Shown: positions 35,741-48,849 of the stretch, one piece after another
How positions within the stretch are numbered: position 1 is the stretch's first letter
How the letters are laid out: the number at the start of each line of letters is the position of its first letter
Source of the DNA: Haliotis cracherodii
Lineage: Eukaryota
Assembly: GCF_022045235.1 (NCBI RefSeq)
Contig: NW_027266280.1
Location: forward strand, 1,488,001-1,552,000
Length of the DNA: 64,000 bases
Reading direction: 5' to 3'
The notes under the pieces: generated by a model
The model's database searches: none
The model's input: the letters and a program-made list of their open reading frames with translations, nothing else
What the model was told of the DNA's origin: nothing
Translations under genes and position numbers: made by a program

Positions 35741-37669
35741 ACGAGAGACTCGTAGACGATGTCGCCAATTGATGGTGTCATTTTCCAATGGACTTTTTCC
35801 AGTGAGGAAATACCGTGTTAGTCAGTGTCTGACAACTATCCCGTTTAGGTAGAAATGTGTTGTACAAAAGCTGCATTTCCGTCCATGTATGAAATGCCTT
35901 ATTTCTTCATACATCACCACGACATTAATTCAGTCCATTTCATTTATTTATTGTATGTGCTTAATCTATTAGAAATGCAATGTGTTTATTGTGATATTTA
36001 TTGTTTACAACGCATCAAGTTGAATGTTAAACTAATATCACCACACATTAATTGAATCCATTTCTATTTACATATTCATAAATTATTGTGTATGTTATAC
36101 TTATTGTGAATGTGTGGATTTTGCATGTTTACAGTGATGCATTTATTGCATTATTATTATGATATTATATTGTTTTTACAACGCATCAGCTTAAAACTTG
36201 GACTGATGTCTGTATGAATGTTTGTTTATTGCTCAAACACATGTTCATTCCATTTACCTAACTTATATACTTTTAGATTGTTATTTTTATTGTTGAATAA
36301 ATATTGTTTTCTATGAGAGAGTTTTTCCTTCTCCGTCACTGTCCGGTAGTGGACCTTAGCATCATGTTAGTATATCGGAGACTGCCATCAGCCACTAGTC
36401 ACATAAATTCCATTATTTGCATCAATCGCGCAGTCGTTTTTTCCAAAACCAATGCATACTTGCCCTGTGGGACCATTCTGACGTCATTATGATTGATGTG
36501 ACGTTATATACTTGTCACGTCACAATAGATTTGTGCATACGCGTAGAGGTCACGCCACGGGCCAATTGTCACACAGGATTACCTAACCTCAGAGTAAAGA
36601 TGCAATCATTGACTGTGTCATTAGTTTTTAAATCTAGCTGGCTGATCGCCTTTTTATGAAAAGACATATCATTGCACCGGCTAGTCATGACAATATTTGA
36701 TGTGGATGTTTAGAATGCTGCTTGTAATAGGCGTGGTATGAGGTGGCGATCAGATGATAGCGTGTTTTACCACATGTGATAAAGCTGTTCTCTGGGTTAC
36801 TCCGCCATATTCCAGCTTTATGACGGTTGTCTATAAATAATCAAATCTGGGCCAGATAATTCAGTGACTGACATCGTGAGCATCGACCTACGTAATTGGG
36901 ATACGATGACATGCATCAACCAAGTCAGTGAACCTGACCACCCGATCAGTCAATGTGTAAAATGATGGAAACTTTCACTTAGGCAATTTACAAACAGCCC
37001 AATTATTTCAGGCATTTTTCAATTATTTTTCTATGTATTATATTATAATAACAAATTCCAGGCCTTTTATGCTCTATTTCATCACCCAGAAAAAGAAAAC
37101 GAAAGTCAACATATATTTTATTTATTTTTGTGTTATATTACTTTAGTAAAATATGTTGCTGAAGATCAATTCTAACCCGGATCTTCACGGGTATGTTCTC
37201 CCTAACATAAATAGAGATGGGGTTACTTGTATGATGGCGACTTCACATGTTACACGCATTTAGTGATGAAATAATAAAATTTGTAAATATATAATCTATA
37301 CTTAACTCACGCGAAAAAACATGTTTATTTATATATATTTGTCATATAACAGAAATTTCAGCAAGGTTACAAACTGACCAAATTTAAGCCTTGGCTGTAA
37401 GATATAGCTGCCTCGATACTTAGCGAGACAGAACAACCGCTGCATGAACAACCGCTGCATGAAGAACGCCGAGGCACATGTAGGTCAGCGTGGACGTCAG
37501 AGATGTGCTTACGTTAAACAGAGATCCGGGTTCGAATCCTGACTCATTCTGGCGACTGGCGTTATAGATATCGCAGCTGCTTGTATGTTTAGACTTTATT
37601 AGCTACAATAAATTAACTAAACTTCTACCTGTGCGTTTCTTTTTTTGAGGAGTGAATATATTGAGGAAG

Positions 37670-38130
37670 TGTATATGTATATATAGCGTGCACAGAGTAC
37701 ATGTTTATGTCTATATATGGTGTCCAGAGTACGTGTATTTGTCTATATGTATATAGGGTGTACAGAGTATGTGTATATGTGTATATAGGGTGTACAGAGT
37801 ATGTGTATATGTATATATAGGTGTACAGAGTATGTGTATATGTATATATAGGGTGTACAGAGTATGTGTATATGTATATAGGGTGTACAGAGTATGTGTA
37901 TATGTGTATATAGGGTGTACAGAGTATGTGTATATGTCTATGTATATATAGGTGTACAGAGTATGTGTATATGTATATATAGGGTTACAGAGTGTGTGTA
38001 TATGTATATATAGGGTGTACAGAACATGTGTATATGTGTATATAGGGTTACAGAGTGTGTGTATATGTATATATAGGGTGTACAGAGTATGTGTATATGT
38101 GTATATAGGGTTACAGAGTGTGTGTATATA
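37670..38130. repeat. ~30-32-bp GT/AT-rich minisatellite (gtatgtgtatatgtatatagggtgtacaga)
   Basis: Tandem units. Recurs at ~38630-38700 and ~52315-52533. Confidence 0.9.
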
Positions 38131-40284
38131 GAGAATACTACACTCGTTCTCGTTAGATACCATTTTTACGAAACGAGCGGACTTTCTATGGTATCCGCTT
38201 ATCCTTACTTTAAATCAAATTGAGAGTTGTGAAAGTGGTCGGGTGCGTCAGGCTCATGGGGACTCTCGCTCTATTGATCGGTAGTCGTACATTGTAAATG
38301 GATATAGCTCGATTATATAATGTCTGTAGAAGCTCTATGCGTAACTTATATATAATGCAAACCGAATTTGATGCGTGTGACTATTTTGTTTGGTTTTATA
38401 AAGTGTTTGTAAATATCTCTCGTTCTCTTTAATTTCTTCAGTTCTGCCTTGTACTGGCAAAATGAATAACGTCTCGCGATTTTTTATGAATGAAAAAAGT
38501 AGTCCCGGTGTGACAGAGGTCACGGTTATCCAATCAAAACGAATAAAACAAGGTCAACCTTGTACGACACACGTGTGACGTACGGATTTAGTATCTTACC
38601 ACCTGTATCTTCACCACGTGGGTAATAAATGTATATATAGGGTGTACAGAGCATGTGTATATGTGTATATAGGGTTACAGAGTATGTGTATATGTATATA
38701 CAGTGCTGGCGACTTCAACTTCCCCCACCACAGTTCAACGTAGCCCCTCTTCCCTCTCTGTCACGTCTAGCTGTTCATCCCATCAAATTGATAGTAGACG
38801 CCATAGATAAACGAGATGTCATCGTACAGCCTGTGATACACTAGGAAGTGGAACACGCCATGACTTGTCGATTTTGTAAAGCTGAATATATAACACACTA
38901 GATACTTTATGTTAATGACCTTCCGCCTTGAGAAATGTTGTGATGAAATTACAATGTAACATACTTAGAACAGAGGACACGTATATTTTGAGAGCTAGCA
39001 GCACCTACAAGTCATTAAGGGACTGGTGATTTATTAGGGGGTGGGGGAGGCGATGATATTAAGCAGTTTATAAAAAATGACATCGAAAGGGAGACCCCAT
39101 GATAACATGATATAAAAAATGACATCGAAAGGGAGACCCCATGATAACATGATAGTTGTATTTTTAGTTTGCAAATTTGAACATTATTTAGGGACTGGTC
39201 GTTTAACGGAGTAAGGGGGTTACATAAAAATATGATACAGCCCTAAGACCAATTACTCCCCCCCCTCCCCTTCATACGACACACACTAACACTACTAACA
39301 CTATACTACATGACACGCCCCTAACCTCGGGGAGGACTTCATGGGGAGGGGAAAGGATGGGAAACACACCAAGGCATTCTAAATACTTCAGTCACACCCT
39401 TGTCTACTTTACTAGAGGTAGTTTGCTCCTCATTTCGAAGTGTTATGTACGTGCGATCTTCACTCATGAAAGAAAACATTCAAAGATATTGCGAGGTAAG
39501 GCGGCTTCTGCTGCAATCCCCACACCTTTGTCTTCGCTTGGGAAGAGTATAAAATAATATTTGTGTGTGTGTGATTGTGATTATGTGTGTGTGTGTGTGT
39601 GGTTAGCTACTTTACACTCAGTTCTAGTTATTTATTGCTTCATCGAGACGATACCAACCTGTTTTTGCCTTTTTAGTGATACCATTATGTAAATAGATCT
39701 CGCAATTCTAAAACTCTTTCAACACCCTCATACTAAAAATAGCACCACGAAGACTAAAATATCTCTTATAGAATCGATTGCTCAAAGCGCATCGTGTGTG
39801 TGAGCACAAACCACGGTTACGTCAGAGTCAAAAGTAGGTCACCCGTATTCCTCATTCCCATGGACTCTGCATTGCTCACCAGGGGAACAAGGAAGTAGCA
39901 GCGAAGTGGCAAAAACTCTTCAAGAATCTGATTGGCTGTTCTCGGCCGGCTCACACGAAACTGATTGGATCATTTCACATGGTAACATGGAGTGAGTTCA
40001 TTCATGAAATCTGCCTTGATCGCGCTTCTCTGTTACATCCTCCGGAAGGATGCACTAGCCATCGCCATTCGTGTCTCGTTCACACTGATAAATGAATTAA
40101 AATCCATATTTAAAGAGGGACTATCATCCGACAAATTTGCAGGCCTGTCAGGTTTGATTCAAGTCGTTAAATGACAAACAAGATTCTGTGTCTCCCCACT
40201 GAAAAGTCATGTTCCCGATCCGACCATTACTTAATGATTACATTGACCACACGGCTACATTGGCTCAGTTTCTATCAGTGCATT

Positions 40285-40810
40285 AACAACAACGTCTAGG
40301 TAATATCAGTCTACACAGAGCACTCATAACAACGTCTAGACAATCTCGCAGTTTCACACAGAGCTCTAATAACAACATCTAGGTAATCTCACAGTTTCAC
40401 ACAGAGCACTATTAACAACGTCTAGACAATCACACAGTTACACACAGAGCACTAATAACAACGTCTAGGTAATCTCACAGTTTCACACAGAGCACTAATA
40501 ACAACGTCTAGACAATGTCAAAGTTTCACACAGAGCACTAATAACAACGTCTAGACAATCTCACAGTTTCACACAGAGCACTAATAACAACGTCTAGACA
40601 ATCACACAGTTTCACACAGATCACTAATAACAACGTCAAGACTGTCACAGTTTCACACAGAGCACTAATAACAACGTCTAGACAATCTCACAGTTTCACA
40701 CAGATCACTAATAACAACGTCAAGACAATCACACAGTTTCACACAGATGACTAATAACAACGTCTAGACAATGTCACAGTTTCACACAGAACACTCATTA
40801 CAAAGTCTAG
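40285..40810. repeat. 43-bp minisatellite (aataacaacgtctagacaatctcacagtttcacacagagcact)
   Basis: About 12 units. Confidence 0.93.
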
Positions 40811-42212
40811 ACATCACATCTACTGTCTGCTGACATCACATCCACCGTCAGCTAACATCACATCTACCGTCAGCTACCATCACATCTACTGTCAGCTAAC
40901 ATCACATCTACCGTCAGCTACCATCACATCTACTGTCAGCTAACATCACATCTACCGTCAGCTGACATCACATCTACCGTCAGCTGACATCACATCTACT
41001 GTCAGCTAACATCACATCTACTGTCAGCTACCATCACATCTACTGTCAGCTACCATCACATCTACTGTCAGCTACCATCACATCTACCGTCAGCTACCAT
41101 CACATCTACTGTCAGCTAACATCACATCTACTGTCAGCTAACATCACATCTACCGTCAGCTGACATCACATCTACTCTCATCTGACATCACATCTACAGT
41201 CAGCTACCATAACATCTACCGTCAGCTAAAAATTCCATCTTCTATCAGCTAACATCACATCTATCGTCAGCTAAAAATTCCATCTTCTGTCAGCTAACAT
41301 CACATCTACTGTCAGCTAACATCACATCTACCGTCAGCTGACATCACATCTACCGTCAGTTGACATCACATCTACCGTCAGCTGACATCACATCTACTCT
41401 CATCTGACATCACATCTACTGTCAGCTACCATCACATCTACCGTCAGCTACCATCACATCTACTGTCAGCTGACATCACATCTACCGTCAGCTACCATCA
41501 CATCTACCGTCAGCTACCATCACATCTACCGTCAGCTACCATCACATCTACTGTCAGCTACCATCACATCTACCGTCAGCTACCATCACATCTACTGTCA
41601 GCTAACATCACATCTACCGTCAGCTGACATCACATCTACTGTCAGCTACCATCACATCTACCGTCAGCTACCATCACATCTACTGTCAGCTGACATCACA
41701 TCTTCCGTCAGTTTACATCACATCTTCCCTCAGCTGACATCACATCTTCCCTCAGCTGACATCACATCTTCCGTCAGTTTACATCACATCTACCGTCAGC
41801 TACCATCACATCTACCGTCAGCTACCATCACATCTACCGTCAGCTACCATCACATCTTCCCTCAGCTGACATCACATCTACTGTCAGCTGACATCACATC
41901 TACCGTCAGCTACCATCACATCTTCCCTCAGCTGACATCACATCTACCGTCAGCTACCATCACATCTTCCCTCAGCTACCATCACATCTACTGTCAGCTA
42001 CCATCACATCTTCCCTCAGCTACCATCACATCTACTGTCAGCTACCATCACATCTTCCCTCAGCTGACATCACATCTTCCCTCAGCTGACATCACATCTT
42101 CCGTCAGTTTACATCACATCTACCGTCAGCTACCAACACATCTACCGTCAGCTGACATCACATCTACCATCAGTTTACATCACATCTTCCGTCAGTTTAC
42201 ATCACATCTACC
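40811..42212. repeat. 22-bp minisatellite (catcacatctacYgtcagctRM)
   Basis: About 63 units. A shorter array recurs at ~52534-52928. Confidence 0.95.
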
Positions 42213-42475
42213 CAAGATGACATCACAATCCATAGATGAAATTCGTTCTTTGTATAGAAAATACATATGAAATTTACCGATGCGTTCACAATTTTAGCTC
42301 AGTGTTAACGTGCATAAAAACTTATTTTTTCTGTACAAATACAGAGAAATGTCTCAAGTCGGGATTGCGTTGGGAGAACACACACAGCGCAGAACATCAA
42401 CTGTGATCAGCTTCACACACGGCCATTCTTGAATTAGATAGAAAATAATGTCAACACATGGCTTCTGTACTAATG

Positions 42476-42646
42476 AGTGAGTGAGTGAGTGAGTTTGGTT
42501 TTACGCCGCTTTTAGCAATATTCCAGCAATATCACGGCGGGGGACACCAGAAATGGACTTCACACATTGTATCCATGTCGGGAATCGAACCCGGGTCTTC
42601 GGCGTGACGAGCGAACGCTTTGACCACTAGGCTACCCGACCGCCCC
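42476..42646 (-). mobile_element. Full-length SINE family A with TSD
   Basis: Reverse complement of the 4837-5005 family. TSD tctgtactaatg at 42464-42475 and 42647-42658. Confidence 0.92.
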
Positions 42647-42792
42647 TCTGTACTAATGGCTACCTTGACATCAACACCTACACCATCACCAACAACTACT
42701 CAGATGAGGTGGCCAGGCTCGGTGAATTGGGTGATTGCGTGTCCACGACAATGTACAGGCTGACTTTCCAAGCTGGACTATTCATGAGGTCA

Positions 42793-43423
42793 CGTGATCC
42801 TACGACTACGAGTAACACTACTGTTACTACAATCAGTATACTACAACGTGATCCTACAACTACAAGCAACACTACTGTTACTACAATCAGTTTACTACAA
42901 CGTGATCCTACAACTACGAGCAACACTACTGTTACTATAATCAGTATACTACAACGTGATCCTACAACTACGAGCAACACTACTGTTACTACAATCAGTA
43001 TACTACAACGTGATCCTTCGACTGAAAGTAACACTACTGTTACTACAATCAGTATACTACAACATGATCCTACAACTACGAGCAACACTACTCTTACTAC
43101 AATCAGTATACTACAACGTGATCCTACAACTACGAGCAACACTACTGTTCTTACAATCAGTATACTACAACGTGATCCTTCGACTGAGAGTAACACTACT
43201 GTTACTACAATCAGTATACTACAACGTGATCCTTCGACTGAGGGTAACACTACTGTTACTACAATCAGTATACTACAACGTGATCCTACAACTACAAGCA
43301 ACACTACTGTTACTACAATCAATATACTACAACGTGATCCTTCGACTGAGAGTAACACTACTGTTACTACAATCAGTATACGACAACACGATCCTACGAC
43401 TACGAGTAACACTACTGCTACTA
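42793..43423. repeat. 54-bp minisatellite (18-codon unit, TTVTTISILQRDPTTTSN frame)
   Basis: About 11.5 units. A remnant resumes after the Tc1 element at ~44845-44905. Confidence 0.93.
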
Positions 43424-44842
43424 TACTGAGCCAGAAAAGAAAAGTCACCATGGATAGATATATGAGAAACCTTATATGTACAAACACTGTTAACATACTT
43501 TGAGACATATTAGAAAGATGAAACTTGGCTAAACTGATCAAGGTTGAAATTAAAGTGTCAAATGTTTTTAAAGAAAAACAGAACACTAGTCTCTGAGAAA
43601 ATGGCATCACAAGTCAGTATCTTGTGTGTCCGCCATGTGCATTGATGACGGCCGTGCAACGTCGATACATGGAATGGATGAGGCGGTTTATGAAAGCCAT
43701 AGGCACTTGAGCCCACGCTCTGGGGAAAGCCTGACGCAGTTCAGGTGCAGTTGTCGGCCTTGGTCGGACGTCATTCAGCCGTCAGATGCTCAATGGGATT
43801 TAAATTGGGACTCAGGGCAGGCCACTGCATGATTCTGATGCCATTCTGCTGGAGGAAGTCTCTTGTTCTCGCAGTGTGGGCACGGGCGTTATCGTGTTGA
43901 AACTCGTGGTTGCGGCGACGTGCCAAATGGGGTATGGCTAGTGGTCTCAAGCCTTGATTAATGTACCGAGCTGCTGCGAAACCATTGCTTCTCCCTGGGC
44001 CGATGTTCTGGAAGACCACAGGGCCGACCCAACAACACAAGCATCCGAATATCGTTCACCACGGCGTCGCAAGAGTCTCTCTGTCATGTGCTGTTGAGAT
44101 ACAGTAACGGCTGTCGTCTGAAAAGAGGACTCTTCTCCACTGCTGGTGGCACCAATGCTGGTGCTGTGTTGCCCACTGAAAACGGTCCCGGCGATGAGAT
44201 GTGGTATCAGAATGGGTCCTCGGTATGGCCTGTGACAGAGGAAGTGTCTGCTCGTCAATCGTCGACCGACGGTATCCGCACTAATGTGTCGCTGGTGTGT
44301 CCCCATGGTCTGTCGAGCAGTTTCCGCAGCAGTAACAAAGAGATCATGAAGATTCTGTCGCACAATCTGACGATCCTGACGTAGGTTGGTGACCCTTGGT
44401 CTTCCACTACGTAGTCGGTCATCTGTAGTGTTGGTGGTCTGGTACCGTTGCTGGAGCCTGTATATGGTCCTTTCGTGGACGTGAAATGCATTGGCTACTT
44501 GCCGGGCGGTTTGTCCAGCTTGCAATCGTCCAACGGCTTGGTGTCACTGATTTCTTGTCAATCTTGGCATGTGGTAGCAATTCAATAACGAATAAATGTT
44601 ATCCGATCCGGGCGGATTTTTATAGGGCAAGAAACTGGGGAACGCATGTGCATGGGGTTACCATGGCCGTTGCCGTGATGCGTTTGGGCGATCGGTTTTA
44701 TTGTCATCGGCTTTGTTTTTTATCATGAAATTTATTTTTTCCGGTCAGGGTAATGTTAAATTTTAGAAACTTTGACAAACATTACCAAGATATTTAAACG
44801 ACAACTTTTCATGCAATGTTACGTTTCTTTTGCAGTTCAGTA
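43424..44842 (-). mobile_element. Near full-length decayed Tc1/mariner element inserted in the 54-bp minisatellite
   Basis: Transposase remnants MPRLTRNQ*HQAVGRLQAG (ATG 44570), RSGRPRVT, FQHDNARAHTAR, WPALSPNLNPIEHL and GGHTRY*. Imperfect TIRs TACTGAGCCAGAAAAGAAAAGTCAC / TACTGAACTGCAAAAGAAACGTAAC. Confidence 0.9.
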
Positions 44843-46567
44843 AATAATCAGTATACTACAAAGCGATCCTATGAGTAACACTACTGCTACCACAATCAGT
44901 ATGCGTCAAACCTTTGGGTTATTGATAAACATACTGGTATTACTATCACAACAGCCACTAGAGAGCTCTTCACCTACAACCACTTAGCTGCTGTTACATA
45001 TGGGGCTTCCACAGATGAAGTATTGCACAAGAGCCGACACTCCACTCGAGACGCTGCTTCCGTACAGCTGGAGATAACATCCCATTACACGCGTGTCAAT
45101 TGCCTAACTGCTGGTGTTTGTTGCTTAACGTTGTTTCCACACTACACACGGACATGTGTTAGGTACTGATGCATTTCAAGTGAGAGGATTTCATAATAAA
45201 CAATATTTTTTTCTAGCCATACAATATTTAATTATCTGAATGATACCATGCATCGACGTGCTCATACAGCCATTGAATATGCACAATAAATGATAGTTTT
45301 AATATTTTAGTAATATTATTTTTATTCTTTTCTTCCTATACAAAATCACAAATGTTACCTGTATTGACTGAAGAGTTCCAATGGGGTGTTTTCAAAAGAT
45401 GTACTTGCTGTACTCCATGGCTATTAATGATTTACTGTTTTCATGCAGAATTTATTCCCGGGGGATTTATATAATCATAATATTTACAAAATCTTTTCTG
45501 CCAAAATATTTTTCGTGTTGGTGCGTGCTCCACTTTGGGTATATCTTTACACCTTTAGTCTGTGAGTATTACACTGACCATCGTAAGGGTCACTGAATGT
45601 CATTAAGTTCATATGGGAATCGCTTGTGACGATGATATAAATATATGCAACTATGTCACCATGACCTACTTTTGATGTCCTTCTCTGCCTATGAAATAAA
45701 CATCGGCACGTTTAATAACCAATCAAACAGGCGTGCAACAAACGTTGTTTCATGTATCACTAAACAAGATTTATATCCAATAAAGATAAACCAGAGTCCG
45801 CTGACAGGCTTGTATATCAATCGGTCTGTGTATGCTCGTCAGCTTGTCACTTCCTTTACACCCACACAGGTAAACACTGACGAGTCTGTTGTGCCGGGAT
45901 GAGTCTGTGATATCACGACAATCATAATGACGTCGTAATGGTCATAGAGGGCCACAGCATTTTGCGGAATTTTACGACCTTAATGATCCTGAACATAATT
46001 CTTTGTGACCAACCGCTTGTTGGTGTCATTGTCAGACATCTTTATCAGAGTGCTTGCCTTGGTTTGTGTCAAAAGGGACAGAGAATTTGATTATATAAAT
46101 GATTTCATAACATGTATCAAAAAGGACAAGGTCAGGTTTGTTGTCCTGGATACGTCTGAGGCTGTATACGGGCCTATTCCAAAGAATTTTATTGCATCAT
46201 TTTCCAAGATAGACCTCTGAGTCAAAACCACAAGCATGGCCAAAAAGGTAGTTAACTTACTCAGCCACGCCATCATGTCGCTTAAGATAATGTGTTTGTG
46301 TCAGAGCTGGACATCCACGGGCGGTTTCTTTTAATTCATTGCATAAACTATATTTCGTGTTTATATTTTGATGTAAAATCACACTTTGACGGTTTCGAGT
46401 GGGGAGTGACTGGGCCTGAGCAGCATACTTGAGTCAGGCCTCACCTGGAAAAGCCGAGTATCATCAGTTTTTGATGGAGTCGTTAAGGTGGTAACCAGGT
46501 GTCTGTGTGTCTGTCAATCTGGACAGTCACCAAAATACACAGATGAGCCAGCATTGCAGTAATAGTA

Positions 46568-46591
46568 ACCGGATTTGTTGGTGTATATAAA
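46568..46591 (+). promoter_or_regulatory. ETS-like + TATA promoter of copy 4 (no adjacent kB site)
   Basis: ACCGGATTT 46568-46576 and TATATAAA 46584-46591. The same arrangement occurs at 53030-53053 for copy 5. Confidence 0.6.
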
Positions 46592-46697
46592 TGTATCACA
46601 AGTAACTGACAGACAGACCACTTCAATCAAACATCAAGCGTTTGCTTAACATCTGTGCAATTTCTACTGTCTTCTGTTTCACCAACTTTTTTCCATC

Positions 46698-47180
46698 ATG
46701 ATTTATGAGCTGTGTGTTCTGGTGTGCGTAGGGATCCTCTCTGCGTCCGCTCTACCTGTCAACGACGCCTGGAAACACGTGGTCAGACAACGTCGTAACG
46801 CTGCCAACTGTCAACCACCTCAAGATATCAACCAACTCTTCCAAAGTCTCAACGCCAACACCGACACCTCCATCTTTCTTCGTTACGCTCAGGGTGCCAG
46901 ACCGGGGTCATATTTACACAACGAGCTGAACACCGACCAGGTTTTCGACAGTTCCAACCTCGGAGGCATCACCTGTCCCAGCAGCGTCAGTGACGACCCT
47001 CAGGACCCCCTGTGGATGAGGTCCCTCTGTCCCTGGTACTACAACGTCACCGATCTGCCCGCCGGTCACTACCCAAGTGCCATCCAGGACGCGGTGTGTA
47101 GGTGTGTGAGGTGTGTTGACAACGCCAGAGCCAGGTGCGAGAGAGTTTCCACTCAAATCCGAGTTTTAGAAGAAAAGTGA
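46698..47180 (+). pseudogene. IL17: IL-17 copy 4, C-terminally truncated (160 aa) by a LINE tail
   Basis: Homology stops at 47175 after IRVLEE, followed by (GTGA)n. Lacks the terminal VGCTC cysteines. The missing 3' part was not seen elsewhere nearby. Confidence 0.8.
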
Positions 47181-48405
47181 GTGTGAGTGAGTGAGTGAGT
47201 GAGTGAGTGAGTGAGTGCGTTCGTGCGTGCGTGCGTGCGTGCGTGCTGTTCGTGCTTGTGTTCGTGGGTGCGTTCGTTCGTGCGTGCGTTCGTGCGTGCG
47301 TGCGTGCGTTCGTTATGTCACTTCGGCAATATATCAGCCACATATTTTTAATACATATATATAAACTAATAAAATCCTGTCAGCGATGGACATTAGATTA
47401 ATCGATGGATTACTAGAAAATCACAGATAAATATTTAAAACTAGCATACAAGTATAAAATGATATCACTATAAGTAACGGTACAATATAAAAAAGGGCAA
47501 AAGATCGCCAGCAGCATGAGTCATTGCTGAAGGTAGATCACCATGCTCGGGTCCATGGGGACTTACAGTATTTTTGCTCCCTGCATGGACCCCCAGCCGG
47601 ATTTACATCATCACTTCCCTGTTGGCGATTAATGACAAGTTTACACAGTTAAATGAACATATATACTACGATTAAAAAATTGTGGTGAAAAAAAAATTAC
47701 TTTGAATGACGTGGTCTGACAAAACCTCTCTGGGGAACAATCATTTTACACTACTTCAACCCCCATCAAGGTTAACAAGTTTCTCTCTACCAATTCTAAA
47801 ATATTTACTTATTACAAAACATCTAATTCAAAATTTATTTAATAATTCTATTTCTTTTAAAAAAACAATAATTAAATGAGAACTTACCTGATACAAAAGA
47901 TCCTTGAGCAATGAAATAGTCATCCCTTGTGATGGAAAAATCAATACAGTCAAGCAGGACATGCTTGACTGTGATTCTTTCATCACAAAGGATGCAGAAT
48001 GGTGGATCCTCACATTTTAACAAATATTCATATGTATATCGAGAATGGCCAATACGACATTGTCTTAATACGACTTCTTCAAATCTGGACTGACGACCCA
48101 AGTAGGTATAACCAATATTTGTTTTTATTGCATGTAATTTATTTATAGCCACTTGGGTGTCCAACTTCTTCTGCATGAGATCTCTGATGTAACATCTAAG
48201 GACAGGTATATAATCAGTGTAGGGCATAAGAAGTGGTGTCACAGATTGGTTGAGTGCTGCCTTAGTAGCAGCATCAGCCATTGTGTTACCAACGATCCCA
48301 ACATGGCAACAGAAGCAACAAAAGACGATGTCGTGATGGCCAGTTGCAAGATGATTGTGTAATTCAATTATTTCTAGTAAATCTGGATGCTGACATGACA
48401 TATTT
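47176..48405 (-). mobile_element. 5'-truncated I/Nimb-like LINE (RNase H C-terminus, CCHC finger, 3' UTR, (CACT)n tail)
   Basis: ORF 47835-48401 contains HVGIVGNTMADAATKAAL, RIGHSRYT and CILCDERITVKHVLLDC. A microsatellite tail abuts IL-17 copy 4. Confidence 0.85.
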
Positions 48406-48849
48406 TATATATTCTAGAGCAGTTGATATGTCCTTTGATTCAGCTGTAAAGAGTGAATGAGTGAGTGAGTGAGTGAGCCACCTTCAGCAATATTCCAACA
48501 ATAACACGTCATCACGTATTGTACACAGGAGGGCAATCTAACCTAGGACTTCCGCGTAAAAGAGAACTGTTTACCCACTTACTGCAGGGAAAAACACGTA
48601 TACACCTATGTTTGATGGTGGCTAAAAAATGAAAAAAACATGAAATGGTTATTCGATGGTGATGTATTTGATAAAAGTGTCACAATTGTGTTTGGACCTT
48701 AAGTTTGCGATGTTTCAGCGACTGTTTACAGACGAGTCATTTTGTTTTTTTAGACACTTTGGTTTAATCCTATTTTCACGATTTTTCTATTTTTCGCAGG
48801 CCAGTTAATACGTCAACTCATTCTAGTTTCTTCCTTTTCATATGTTTGA

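Noticed and set aside
42696-43610. Mucin-like 264-aa and hydrophobic 304-aa ORFs
   Set aside because: Frames of a 54-bp minisatellite interrupted by a Tc1 element. No signal peptide or supported exon structure.
46388-46470. Minus-strand CTGATGA...GAAACCGTC hammerhead candidate
   Set aside because: Neither stem I nor the base of stem II pairs.
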